The notes below the pieces were generated by a model that saw only the letters and a program-made list of their open reading frames with translations, had not been told where the DNA came from and did not search any database. The translations under genes were made by a program, and so were the position numbers. A DNA stretch of 64,000 nucleotides, taken from assembly GCA_021775855.1 (NCBI GenBank), contig JAJFGZ010000036.1:330-64329 (forward strand). The letters run 5' to 3'. Below, in pieces: positions 1 through 9,429 of the stretch. Within the stretch, counting starts at the first letter, position 1. Each line of letters begins with the position of its first letter. The DNA comes from Hyphomicrobiales bacterium (GTDB lineage: Bacteria; Pseudomonadota; Alphaproteobacteria; Rhizobiales; NORP267).

Positions 1-411
1 GCGCTGGGTGACTAGGAACCCGCCGAATATATTGACCGAAGCAAGAATCAGCGCAAGGAATCCGGCAAACTGGGCCCAGCCCGGCGCGCCTTCAATCGAA
101 GCGGCCGATGCGTCCACACCCACCGCCAGCAATGCGCCGACAACAATGACCGAGGAGACCGCGTTGGTGACGGACATGAGTGGCGTGTGCAACGCTGGTG
201 TTACGGCCCAAACCACAAAATACCCAACGAAAATGGCGAGCACGAAAATCGCAAACTGATACACGAACGGCGATGTGCCATCCATGCCACTTGCCTGCAC
301 AGCGGCGGCAACCTGATCGGCATAGGCCCGGGTCGCGTCGACCCCCTCTTGCGCCTGCTCGACAACACCCTGCAATAATTCAATGAGAGCAGCGCCTGTA
401 TCTTCGCTCAT
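1..411 (-). CDS. pntAB: NAD(P) transhydrogenase subunit alpha part 2 (PntAB); 3' end runs off the window
   Basis: Absent from the ORF track because no stop lies in the window. My reverse-strand translation from the ATG at 411 reads [19 protein letters not shown]...[46 protein letters not shown]. This is the conserved membrane segment of split PntA. Its ATG overlaps the pntAA stop (ATGA at 408-411). Confidence 0.85.
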   Translation of the reverse strand, partial: MSEDTGAALIELLQGVVEQAQEGVDATRAYADQVAAAVQASGMDGTSPFVYQFAIFVLAIFVGYFVVWAVTPALHTPLMSVTNAVSSVIVVGALLAVGVDASAASIEGAPGWAQFAGFLALILASVNIFGGFLVTQR

Positions 412-1634
412 GATTTGTCTCCCTTGGCCTTGGCCTCGGACTTTGCGGTTGATTTCGGTTTGGCTTTTGGTTTGGCTTTTGGCCTTGGTTTGGGACTGGC
501 TTTTTGGCTGACCAGGTTCGGGTGAACAACCTTGCCACCCCTGGTGAGCAGTGTCGCCTTGATGATTTCATCGTCCCAATCTACGTTGAGCGCGCCCTTT
601 TCCTGATCCACGAGCGTCTCGACAAACGCCTTCAGGTTGCGCGCATAGAGACTGGAGGATGATGCCGCCACCCGTCCGGGCACGTTGGCATAGCCGATAA
701 TTTTCACATTGTTGTGGGTAACAACTTTGCCGAGTTTCGAGAGCGGGCAATTGCCGCCGCGCTCCACCGCCAGATCAACCACGATCGAGCCGGGCTTCAT
801 GCTCTCGACCATTTCCCGGGTGACCAGAACCGGCGCCGGACGCCCCGGGATCAGCGCGGTGGTGATCACGATATCCTGTTTAGCGATATGCGACGCGGTC
901 AGCTCAGCTTGCTTCTGCTGATATTCCTTCGACATTTCCTTGGCGTATCCGCCAGCCGTCTCGGCCTGTTTGAATTCTTCGTCTTCAACAGCGATAAATT
1001 TCGCGGCGAGCGATTCAACCTGTTCTTTCGCGGCTGGCCGCACATCGGTGGCGGATACCGCGGCCCCGAGACGGCGCGCCGTGGCGATCGCCTGAAGTCC
1101 AGCAACACCTGCCCCCATCACAAAAACCCTGGCCGGCGATATGGTCCCTGCCGCTGTCATCATCATCGGCATGGCGCGGTCAAATTCGGCGGCGGCGTCG
1201 ATCACCGACTGGTAGCCGGCAAGATTGGCCTGGGACGAGAGAACATCCATGACCTGCGCCCGGGTGATTCGCGGCATATATTCCATGGCAAACGCGGCAA
1301 CCCCGGCTTTAGCCATGGCGTCGATCCCGGCCCGGTTATCGCTCGGTTCCATGATCCCGATCACAAGCGAATTCTTTTTGTATTTTGCAACTTCCGCCGC
1401 GGTCGGGCGCAGCACGCGCAAGACTATATCGGCATCCTTGACGGTAGCCTCGGCGGTTTTGCCAAGCGAGGCACCGGCATCCGTATATTGCTGGTCCGGG
1501 AACTGCGATGCTTCGCCCGCGCCGGCCTGAACAGAAACTTTAAATCCGAGTTTGACGAAGGCGGCGACAGTCTCGGGCGTTGCCGCAACGCGTGATTCGT
1601 GCTGCGCAGGCTCGGCTGGAATGGCGAGTTTCAT
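408..1634 (-). CDS. pntAA: NAD(P) transhydrogenase subunit alpha part 1 (PntAA, dI domain) with a Lys/Pro/Ala-rich C-terminal tail
   Basis: ORF 408..1682. The likely start is [23 protein letters not shown] at 1634. It has alanine-dehydrogenase/PNT N- and C-domains with a Rossmann motif ([22 protein letters not shown]). The tail is ...[31 protein letters not shown]. Confidence 0.93.
   Translation of the reverse strand: MKLAIPAEPAQHESRVAATPETVAAFVKLGFKVSVQAGAGEASQFPDQQYTDAGASLGKTAEATVKDADIVLRVLRPTAAEVAKYKKNSLVIGIMEPSDNRAGIDAMAKAGVAAFAMEYMPRITRAQVMDVLSSQANLAGYQSVIDAAAEFDRAMPMMMTAAGTISPARVFVMGAGVAGLQAIATARRLGAAVSATDVRPAAKEQVESLAAKFIAVEDEEFKQAETAGGYAKEMSKEYQQKQAELTASHIAKQDIVITTALIPGRPAPVLVTREMVESMKPGSIVVDLAVERGGNCPLSKLGKVVTHNNVKIIGYANVPGRVAASSSSLYARNLKAFVETLVDQEKGALNVDWDDEIIKATLLTRGGKVVHPNLVSQKASPKPRPKAKPKAKPKSTAKSEAKAKGDKS
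457..480. repeat. Tandem 12-bp repeat (GGTTTGGCTTTT x2, with degenerate copies on both sides) encoding the KPKA repeats of the PntAA tail
   Basis: Read directly from the sequence: ggtttggcttttggtttggctttt, flanked by ggccttggcc and ggccttggtttggg. Confidence 0.6.
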
Positions 1635-1647
1635 CTGTTTGGGTGAC

Positions 1648-1935
1648 CTAGAGCACCAAAGCCAACAGGGTAACGCCAGCAAGGATTATAACGGACGGCA
1701 TGAACGACATGCCCGACAACAGACTGACAAGGATGACGATCAAACCTACAAACAGGCCAATTGTGCTGACGATGATGGCAGCCGTGCTGCCAAAACCGAC
1801 AGCTGCCAGTGTCACCATGATCAGAATGCTTCCCAGGACGCCGGCAATGATCATCTTCACGAAAACGCTGTACGTCTCAACGTGCTCCGGCATATCGCCA
1901 ACTGTATCGACATATCCAGATTCAGATTTTGCCAT
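1648..1935 (-). CDS. Small membrane protein, aa3-type cytochrome c oxidase subunit IV-like (COX4_pro_2-like)
   Basis: ORF 1648..2001, with a likely start at MAKSESGYVD (1935). The motif PEHVETYSVFVKMIIAGVLGSILIMV matches the H-x-x-T-Y-x-x-F signature, followed by two hydrophobic helices. It sits directly upstream of pntAA. Confidence 0.65.
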   Translation of the reverse strand: MAKSESGYVDTVGDMPEHVETYSVFVKMIIAGVLGSILIMVTLAAVGFGSTAAIIVSTIGLFVGLIVILVSLLSGMSFMPSVIILAGVTLLALVL

Positions 1936-2040
1936 GAGGTAGTCCCCTAAAATCTTGGCTTCTACGTGGTTCTTTATAACAAAACTCGGGCGTTGGTCCA
2001 TGCTCGAATTGCGGAATATCCGGCTGGAATGCGAAAAGCC

Positions 2041-3411
2041 TTAATCCGGCATTTCCAGCCCCGCCAAATCCAGCGCGGCGGCCTGCCTCTCCGTCAACGC
2101 GGCGAGCGAAAAATCTTCTATTTCGTCCTGGAATGCCTTGGAAAAATTTAGTTTGGCGCCGAGATGCAAAAAGACGCCGCCAAGTCCGATAGCGGCTCGG
2201 TCCATGAAAACAAATTCCCGGGGCAGGGTGACCGGCCCCTTTTCCTTCAAGGCCTTGTGGACCTGGAATGCTTCCCGCCGGCCATACGCTCCCGGTTTGA
2301 TCCCATCCGCGACGGTTCTCACCCGGTTATCCAGAAGCGGGCCAAAAATGAACTGTGCCCAAATATTGAGGATATCGATAATATCGGTTTGCAGGTTTTC
2401 AAATCCCCAGGTCTCGTAGGCGTGGACGACCAGATCACGATCGTCGTCACGCAGACCCGCATGCAGGTCAATAACGCCTTGCACGAAACTTGGAGGAAAA
2501 ATACGAACGCAACCATAGTCAAGCAGATTGATCCCGGTGACCTCTCCGTCATCCCTGAAAACAGTATAATTGCCAAGATGGGGGTCCCCGTGGATAACCC
2601 CGTAGCGGGCAAAGGGGTGCCACCAGGCCTTGAACATGGCCCGGGCGATCCGGTTGCGGACTTTAAGCGTGGCTTCCTTGAAATCAAGAACCGGTTCGCC
2701 ATCCAGCCATTCCATCGCAAGCAGCCGTTTTGTCGATAGGTCATCGTAAACCCCGGGCACCTTGACGGAGTTGGTTTTGGCCAGCATCCGCTCGTAGAGC
2801 CGGATGTGCCGCCGCTCCCGCTCGTAATCGAGTTCCTCGCGCAGTCTGGACCCGATTTCTACCCCCAGATTCCGGGTATCGATCGCCGGATCCATGCGCC
2901 TGTGCAGCGCAAAAATCAAATCGAGCTGGTTGAGATCGGCTTCGACCGCCGATTCCATGTCCGGATATTGCAACTTGCAAGCAAGGCTCTCGCCGTCTTT
3001 GGTCGTCGCCCGGTGCACCTGGCCAAGCGAAGCGGATGCCGCAGCGTGGTGTTCAAAGCTGCCGAACCTGCTCTGCCATTTCGGCCCAAGCTCGGCCGCC
3101 ATCCGGCGTTTAACGAACGGCCAGCCCATCGCCGGTGCGTCACTTTGCAGCTTGGCGAGTTCGTCGGAATATTCCTGGGGCAAGGCTTCGGGGATGGTCG
3201 CCAGCATCTGCGCGACCTTCATCAGCGGCCCCTTCAGGCCGCCAAGCGCGGCCGCGAGCGCAACCGCGTTGACGTTGGGGTCTGCGGTTGTTCCCAAGAA
3301 TCTCTGGGACGCGAATTTCGCCGCCACACCGCCAATCCCGGTACTGACTTTCGCGTAGCGCCGGATCCGGCCGGTTAGCCGGTTGGCTTCTGAATCGTGT
3401 TCGTCGCTCAA
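2041..3411 (-). CDS. ABC1/UbiB-family atypical protein kinase
   Basis: 456 aa. Conserved ABC1 block: ...FEHHAAASASLGQVHRATTKDGESLACKLQYPDMESAVEADL..., followed by HGDPHLGNY. The start is a TTG that overlaps the upstream stop (TTGA). Confidence 0.88.
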   Translation of the reverse strand: MSDEHDSEANRLTGRIRRYAKVSTGIGGVAAKFASQRFLGTTADPNVNAVALAAALGGLKGPLMKVAQMLATIPEALPQEYSDELAKLQSDAPAMGWPFVKRRMAAELGPKWQSRFGSFEHHAAASASLGQVHRATTKDGESLACKLQYPDMESAVEADLNQLDLIFALHRRMDPAIDTRNLGVEIGSRLREELDYERERRHIRLYERMLAKTNSVKVPGVYDDLSTKRLLAMEWLDGEPVLDFKEATLKVRNRIARAMFKAWWHPFARYGVIHGDPHLGNYTVFRDDGEVTGINLLDYGCVRIFPPSFVQGVIDLHAGLRDDDRDLVVHAYETWGFENLQTDIIDILNIWAQFIFGPLLDNRVRTVADGIKPGAYGRREAFQVHKALKEKGPVTLPREFVFMDRAAIGLGGVFLHLGAKLNFSKAFQDEIEDFSLAALTERQAAALDLAGLEMPD

Positions 3412-3839
3412 CCCTGAAACGCCTCATTGTCTGTCATCTGCCCGATCAGGCCGTGGATGTCACCCAGCACCCAAAGGTCTTTGACGCGACCGCCCGAAAA
3501 CGTGAAAAATGCAGCGCCAGCCCATTCCACGGACCGATCGGTCGGAGCAATTCCGAACATAGTCCCGGTATGCATCCCGGAAAACCGCATGCGCGCAACA
3601 ACCCTGTCGGCGTCTTCAACCATGTCAAGAATATCGCACGTGAACCCGGACACCGCCGCCACCACATCGTCGACATAGCCGGCAAACTGGGCGTGCCCAA
3701 CGAGAACCGGGCCAAGAGACCCGCGAAATGTGAAATCCGGCTCAAAAATATCCGGAATATGGCTCTTGTCGGCCTTGTTCCACATATCGTGGTAGAAACG
3801 CTCTACAACTGCTTTCCGCTTGGACATCGCGTCACTCAC
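3408..3839 (-). CDS. SnoaL-like ester cyclase (NTF2-fold)
   Basis: 143 aa. VVERFYHDMWNKADKSHIPDIFEPDFTFRGSLG...FSGMHTGTMFGIAPTDRSVEWAGAAFFTFSGGRVKDLWVLGD is typical of the predicted ester cyclase family. The start is either GTG at 3839 (overlapping the pepF stop) or ATG at 3827. Confidence 0.8.
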   Translation of the reverse strand: MSDAMSKRKAVVERFYHDMWNKADKSHIPDIFEPDFTFRGSLGPVLVGHAQFAGYVDDVVAAVSGFTCDILDMVEDADRVVARMRFSGMHTGTMFGIAPTDRSVEWAGAAFFTFSGGRVKDLWVLGDIHGLIGQMTDNEAFQG

Positions 3840-5677
3840 CCGGCACCTTCCAGACTCTCAATTTCGTTGATCATGCGCTCGATCACCCCGAGACCGAGTT
3901 GCCAGAAGTCGGGTTTTGAGGCGTCCAGACCGAACGGTTCCAGCAATTCCCTATGATGCTTGCTGCCGCCCGCCGCGAGCAAATCCAGGTACTTCTCCGT
4001 GAAACCATCGTTTGAATTCTCAAAGACCGCGTACAGGGAGTTCACCAGACAATCCCCAAACGCATAGGCATAGACGTAGAACGGAGAATGCACGAAGTGG
4101 GGGATGTAGCACCAGAAATTTTCGTACCCCGAACGCAACTCGATTGCCGGGCCAAGGCTCTCGCGCTGGATCTCCATCCAGATGTTGCAAATCTGCTCTG
4201 ACGTCAATTCGCCATTGCGCCGTTCCAGATGGATGCGGCGCTCGAACCGGTAGAACGCGATTTGCCGCACCACCGTGTTGATCATGTCTTCGACCTTGGA
4301 GGCGAGCAGGGTTTTCCGGACCGCCGGCGTCTCGGCTTTGGCAAGCATCGCCCTGAAGGTCAGCATCTCTCCAAATACGCTCGCGGTCTCTGCAAGCGTC
4401 AACGGCGTCGATGCCATCAGAGCGCCGAGCGGCGCTGCCAATACTTGATGTACCCCGTGTCCAAGCTCGTGCGCCAGGGTCATCACATCGCGCGTCTTGC
4501 CCTGGTAGTTTAGCAAGATATACGGGTGCGCGCTCGGCACTGTCGGGTGGGAAAAAGCGCCGGGCGATTTCCCCGCCCGTACCGGCGCGTCGATCCAGTT
4601 CCGGTCGAAAAACTGTTGGGCTATATCTGCAATCTTTGGAGAAAAACCCCGATAGGCCGACAGCACGGTGTCGCGCGCGGTGTCCCACGGGACCAGAGAA
4701 TTGGGCTGATTAGGCAGCGGTGCGTTGCGGTCCCAATGCGGTAATGTTTCCTTACCGAGCCATTTCGCCTTCAGCGCATAATAGCGATGGGAAATCCGCG
4801 GGTAGGCATCGACGACCGCATTTTCCAGCGCGTCCACCACGGGTCCTTCAACCCGGTTGGCCAGGTGCCGGCCATCTGCAACGTCATCAAACCCGCGCCA
4901 ATTGTCGGAAATCGCCTTGTCTTTGATAAGGGTATTGGTGATCAGCGTATACAGCCGGACATTCTCGCCAAATTCTCTGGCAAGCGCCTCGGCACCGCTT
5001 TGCCGCACCGCGCCATCGGCATCTGTCAGCTTGTTGAGGGTCGGCTCGATCCCCAGCAACTCGCCATCGACATCGAATTTCTGTGTCGAGATGGTCTCGT
5101 CAAACAGCCGGTTCCAGGCCCCTGCACCGGTGACCGATTTTTCGAGAAACAATTGTTCGATTCTATCTTCGAGCTGGTGCGGACGCTCACGGCGAATATC
5201 CGTCAACCAAGGTCGGTAAAATGCCAAATCGGGGTGGAGAATGGCGGCATCGAGCTGGTCATCGTCGATCCGGTTCAGCTCAAGCGAAAAGAATAACAGA
5301 TGGGCGCTGGCCTCGGTGATGTGTTCGCGCACATCGCTGAAAAATTTGGCGTGGTCAGGGTCGCTGGTATTGCTGGCATAGAGCAAGCTGGCATAGGAAT
5401 AGAGACGCCCCGCAAGATCTTCGATCTGCTCGTATTCGCGAATCGCTCCGGCCAGGTCGCCACCGCCTGTTTCCGTTTCCGTAAACCCTGCCAACCGGCC
5501 TTTGTAGCGGCGCTCAAACGCTTCGCCTTCTTCTTTTACCCGCTTTAGATCGGCCTCGAATTGCACACTGCCGGGTTCAGAATAGAGATCGCCCAGGTTC
5601 CACTCCGGCAAATCTCCCAATTCAAGGACGCCATTTCCGGCCTTTTTGCCCAAACCCGTTGGTTCTTCGAAATTCAT
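3836..5677 (-). CDS. pepF: Oligoendopeptidase F family (M3B metallopeptidase)
   Basis: ORF 3836..5812, with a likely start at MNFEEPTGLGKK (5677). It carries the HELGH zinc motif (TLAHELGHGVHQVLA) and M3 family length. Confidence 0.9.
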   Translation of the reverse strand: MNFEEPTGLGKKAGNGVLELGDLPEWNLGDLYSEPGSVQFEADLKRVKEEGEAFERRYKGRLAGFTETETGGGDLAGAIREYEQIEDLAGRLYSYASLLYASNTSDPDHAKFFSDVREHITEASAHLLFFSLELNRIDDDQLDAAILHPDLAFYRPWLTDIRRERPHQLEDRIEQLFLEKSVTGAGAWNRLFDETISTQKFDVDGELLGIEPTLNKLTDADGAVRQSGAEALAREFGENVRLYTLITNTLIKDKAISDNWRGFDDVADGRHLANRVEGPVVDALENAVVDAYPRISHRYYALKAKWLGKETLPHWDRNAPLPNQPNSLVPWDTARDTVLSAYRGFSPKIADIAQQFFDRNWIDAPVRAGKSPGAFSHPTVPSAHPYILLNYQGKTRDVMTLAHELGHGVHQVLAAPLGALMASTPLTLAETASVFGEMLTFRAMLAKAETPAVRKTLLASKVEDMINTVVRQIAFYRFERRIHLERRNGELTSEQICNIWMEIQRESLGPAIELRSGYENFWCYIPHFVHSPFYVYAYAFGDCLVNSLYAVFENSNDGFTEKYLDLLAAGGSKHHRELLEPFGLDASKPDFWQLGLGVIERMINEIESLEGAG

Positions 5678-5928
5678 AAAATGTCCCTGATTTCCATCGT
5701 TTCGGCAGAAGGTTTGCCGCTGATAGCAGCCAAAACCGTCGTCCATCGGCAGAAATGCATATAAGACCGCCGCCCCCGCTTGCGCAAGACTGATCGGAGA
5801 ACCGGCCGGCATAAAAAACCTGTGCCGGATCAGCCGGCGTTAAACAGGTCTTTACTGTTGCCCGCCATGATTGCTTCAAAATGAGACAGGCAGAAACGCC
5901 GGTCGGTGCCAACAGGATGTTCAAATAA

Positions 5929-7446
5929 ATGAGTCAATGTATTCTCGTTGTTGATGACGATCCCTCCCAGCGTCGAATTTTAGAGGAACTGATCAAGCGG
6001 TCAGGCTATGTTGTGCGGACTGCCGATGGAGGCGAAGCGGCGATGGCCGCCTTGACTGGTTCGGCTGGCGAAGACATAAAGCTGGTCATCCTCGATCTGG
6101 TAATGCCGGATCTTGACGGCATGGGCGTCCTCGAAAGCATGCAGAAGAAGGGTCTTAGCGTTCCCGTTATCGTTCAGACAGCCCATGGCGGTATCGATAC
6201 CGTGGTCAGCGCCATGCGCGCCCGGGCGGTTGATTTTGTAGTCAAACCGGTCAGCCCTGAACGGCTTGAAGTGTCCATCCGCAATGCCCTCAAAGTTGAC
6301 GCTCTTGAAGGGCAATTGACCCAGGCGCGGCGTAAAAATTCGGGCACATTCACGTTTGAGGATATCGTCACCCGCAGCCCGGGCATGGATCAGGTCGTGC
6401 ATCTGGGTGAGCGCGCCGCCAAATCCAGCATCCCGATCATGATCGAGGGCGAAAGCGGTGTCGGCAAGGAACTCTTCGCCCGAGCCATACAAGGGTCCAG
6501 CGAGCGGCGCGGCAAACCACTTGTGACCGTCAATTGCGGGGCGATCCCGGATAACCTTGTTGAAAGTATCCTGTTCGGCCACGAAAAAGGCTCGTTCACT
6601 GGCGCAACCGGCAAACATATCGGCAAGTTCGTTGAGGCTGATGGCGGCACGCTTTTTCTGGACGAGGTATCCGAATTGCCACTTGATGCCCAGGTCAAGC
6701 TCTTGCGCGCCGTCCAGGAAGGTGAGGTTGACCCGGTTGGCGGCAAAAAATCGATTAGCGTGGACATCCGGCTGATTTCCGCGACCAACCGCAACATGAT
6801 GGAGCTGGTCCGCGAGGGTAAATTTCGCGAAGACCTGTATTATCGGCTCAACGTGTTTCCGATAACGCTCCCGCCTGTGCGCGACCGGCTCGAGGACGTC
6901 CCCCTCCTGGTCAACCATTTCATCACCCGGTTCGCCGCAGAAGAGGGCAAACGGATTGATTCCATTTCACCGGACGCCATGGCCCTGTTGCAGCGCTACC
7001 GCTGGCCCGGCAACGTGCGCCAGATCGAAAACGTGGTGTTCCGCGCTGTTGTGTTGGCCGACACCTCAACGCTGAGTTATGATGAATTCCCGCAGATAGC
7101 GGTCCAGGTCGCAGCCCAGGAAGGCATGACTGAATTGCCGTCGCATGGCCTGCAGCCGCAAAGCCCGCCGATGCCGGTCACCCCGCCCGTACGGTCCGAA
7201 ACGTTTTTGAACGGCGAAGCGGGTCCCGCGATTCCAGTCTACGCACCGGACAACGACCCAGCGCAGATTACCGCACTGGACGATGGTGGTGAAATCCGGG
7301 CGCTGGACGCGGTTGAAGCAGACCTGATCAAATTTGCCCTTGATCATTATAAAGGCCATATGTCGGAAGTCGCCCGCAGGCTTGGCATCGGCCGGTCAAC
7401 TTTGTACCGCAAGGTACGGGAACTTGGCCTGGAAGAACCTGCATAA
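5929..7446 (+). CDS. Sigma-54-dependent response regulator (receiver + AAA+ + Fis-type HTH), TacA/NtrC-like
   Basis: 505 aa. Receiver domain (ILVVDDDPSQRRILEELI...LDLVMPDLDG). Walker A GESGVGKE. GSFTGA variant of the GAFTGA loop. C-terminal HTH EVARRLGIGRSTLYRKVRELGL. Confidence 0.92.
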   Translation: MSQCILVVDDDPSQRRILEELIKRSGYVVRTADGGEAAMAALTGSAGEDIKLVILDLVMPDLDGMGVLESMQKKGLSVPVIVQTAHGGIDTVVSAMRARAVDFVVKPVSPERLEVSIRNALKVDALEGQLTQARRKNSGTFTFEDIVTRSPGMDQVVHLGERAAKSSIPIMIEGESGVGKELFARAIQGSSERRGKPLVTVNCGAIPDNLVESILFGHEKGSFTGATGKHIGKFVEADGGTLFLDEVSELPLDAQVKLLRAVQEGEVDPVGGKKSISVDIRLISATNRNMMELVREGKFREDLYYRLNVFPITLPPVRDRLEDVPLLVNHFITRFAAEEGKRIDSISPDAMALLQRYRWPGNVRQIENVVFRAVVLADTSTLSYDEFPQIAVQVAAQEGMTELPSHGLQPQSPPMPVTPPVRSETFLNGEAGPAIPVYAPDNDPAQITALDDGGEIRALDAVEADLIKFALDHYKGHMSEVARRLGIGRSTLYRKVRELGLEEPA

Positions 7447-7564
7447 AACGCCTGTGTAGCCTGTGGATAAACGGTGTAAAACTTTTGTATAATTCTGTGG
7501 ATTTGTATTGCCACGAAGCAGCCCATTTCGTAATTTAGCTTACCGCCTTTGAGGAGAGTGAATT

Positions 7565-9229
7565 ATGCGTGTCAAATCCAGGAACCTGCTTGCTTCGCTG
7601 CTGGGTGCAACGTTTCTGATCAGCACATATTCTTCCGGCACGCCCGCCATGGCTGCTTCGCACTCCAGTTCATCTGCAGCCCAGGGATACTGGAACGAAT
7701 TTGTCCAGGCGCCGCTGGCCCACACACTCGCCACACCGCCATCCACCACCGACCAGAATGTTCAGCAGGATTACGCCGCTCTGGTTTCGTTTTACGCTGA
7801 ACGCGACCACCTCCCGGTCTGGATCGAAGACGGTAAACTAACCTCGATTGCCCGACGGGCTATCTTTTTCCTGAGCCGCAGCGACCGCTGGGGCCTCGAT
7901 CCGGAAGCTTATATTACACCGTCACTGGCCCTTGGTTTTCTGGAACCGGCCTCCGGCAGCGAGATTGCGGATGCTGAAATCCGTATGAGCCTGGCAATGC
8001 TTGCCTATGCCAGACAGGCCTATGCCGGCCGCACGATCCCGCGCGAAATTTCATCAAATCTGGACGTCCGCCCCGAACTCCCCGATCCGGTAGCCGCCAT
8101 CACATCGCTGGCCGAGGGCGGGGACATCGTTGAATCGCTGATCGCGTTCAACCCTACCGATCCCGAATTCGAGATAATGCGCCAAGAACTCGCAAACCTT
8201 AAATTGATCGCCGCCGACGGTGGCTGGCGGACCATCGGTTCGGGCCCGACCCTCAAACCCGGCATGCGCGACGATCGTGTCATCCTCCTGAAGCAACGCT
8301 TTGGTATCTACATGCCACCGCCAATCATTGCCGACCCGGCGGTGGTATCGCTGTATGAGGGCGAAGTGGTTGAGGCCGTGCGCCAATACCAGGAAGAAAA
8401 CGGCCTGGAAGCCGATGGCATCATCGGCCCGTCAACTCTTGGTCAATTGAACATGTCGGTGATCGACCGGATTTACCAGATCCTTGCCAATCTCGAGCGC
8501 TGGCGCTGGTTGCCGCGCGACCGTGGGGATTTTTATGTCCAGGTCGATGTGCCAGGTTTCCGCGTGAATATCGTCAAAAACGGCGAAATTGTATTTACGA
8601 CCCGTGCAGTTGTTGGAAAGCCCGATTATCAGACCGCCATTTTCTCGGATCAGATCGAGCACATGGTGGTCAATCCTTTCTGGAACGTGCCGCGCTCAAT
8701 CGCAACTGCGGAAATGCTCCCCATGCTGCGCAACGATCCCAACTATTACGCCAGCCGCGATTTCGAAACGCTCGATGCGTCAAGTGGCCAGGCAATCAAC
8801 GCCAGCGCGGTTAACTGGTCGGAGATCAACGCGAACAATTTGCAGTACCGTTTTCGGCAACGCCCGGGGGCCAACAACGCACTCGGCAATATCAAGTTTA
8901 TGTTCCCGAATCGCCACGCCATCTATTTGCATGATACGCCTGCCAGGAACCTGTTTCAGCGGACCGTGAGGGCCTACAGCCACGGCTGCATCCGACTTCA
9001 CGAACCCATGGCATTTGCAGCGGCCCTGGTTGCCAATGACCCACGCCTGAACGTGCAGCGCATTCAGGCCGGAATCAATTCGGGCGAGAACCAGACGTTT
9101 GTCCTTGCCGACAAAATTCCGATCCACATCACCTATATCACCTCGTGGGTAGAAGACGGCCGGATCAACTACCGGGACGATATTTACGGGCACGACCGGC
9201 GGGTCGCTGCAGCCCTCAACTGGCACTAG
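7565..9229 (+). CDS. L,D-transpeptidase, YcbB/LdtD-like (PG-binding + YkuD domains)
   Basis: 554 aa with a signal peptide (...SSGTPAMA). PG-binding repeat (VEAVRQYQEENGLEADGIIGPSTLGQLN). YkuD catalytic motif YLHDTPARNLFQRTVRAYSHGCIRL. Strong SD (gaggagagtgaattATG). Confidence 0.9.
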   Translation: MRVKSRNLLASLLGATFLISTYSSGTPAMAASHSSSSAAQGYWNEFVQAPLAHTLATPPSTTDQNVQQDYAALVSFYAERDHLPVWIEDGKLTSIARRAIFFLSRSDRWGLDPEAYITPSLALGFLEPASGSEIADAEIRMSLAMLAYARQAYAGRTIPREISSNLDVRPELPDPVAAITSLAEGGDIVESLIAFNPTDPEFEIMRQELANLKLIAADGGWRTIGSGPTLKPGMRDDRVILLKQRFGIYMPPPIIADPAVVSLYEGEVVEAVRQYQEENGLEADGIIGPSTLGQLNMSVIDRIYQILANLERWRWLPRDRGDFYVQVDVPGFRVNIVKNGEIVFTTRAVVGKPDYQTAIFSDQIEHMVVNPFWNVPRSIATAEMLPMLRNDPNYYASRDFETLDASSGQAINASAVNWSEINANNLQYRFRQRPGANNALGNIKFMFPNRHAIYLHDTPARNLFQRTVRAYSHGCIRLHEPMAFAAALVANDPRLNVQRIQAGINSGENQTFVLADKIPIHITYITSWVEDGRINYRDDIYGHDRRVAAALNWH

Positions 9230-9429
9230 ACCAAACCGGCAGAATCAATCTCTTCTGGGCGTCAATGCACATAAAAATGCCATTGTTTCCCGTCACTTCA
9301 CGCAGTTGTTAAATGGACGCTAACCTTAAGCGGTAACAATGTCCGGTATTGATTGATACCGTGTTACGCGTTCAAAATGAATGCGGCTGTCGGCAATGCG
9401 CAGGCGGTTTGTGTGAGACAGGGAACAGG

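Noticed and set aside
714-1595. Long ORFs antisense to or out of frame with recognised genes. Examples are 714..1595(+), 6001..6918(-), 12667..13398(-), 29477..30187(+), 32812..33996(-), 34648..35448(-), 36157..36864(-), 60515..61147(+) and 61288..62040(+).
   Set aside because: Each lies entirely inside a confidently identified gene on the other strand or frame. Their translations are Arg/Gly/Pro/Ala-rich and match no family. This is the expected shadow-ORF pattern of GC-rich coding DNA.
7461-7504. The DnaA boxes as a chromosomal replication origin.
   Set aside because: There is only one perfect and one degenerate box. No cluster of boxes or AT-rich unwinding element is present. None of the usual origin neighbours (dnaA, dnaN, hemE, parAB, gidAB) is in the window.
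7495-7512. Possible sigma-54 (-24/-12) promoters: TGGATTTGTATTGCC upstream of the ldtD-like gene and TGGCAGGAATGAAAGC (about 30600) upstream of gltB.
   Set aside because: The GG-to-GC spacing is off by one nucleotide in both cases (9 and 11 nt instead of 10). The flanking consensus positions are also poor.
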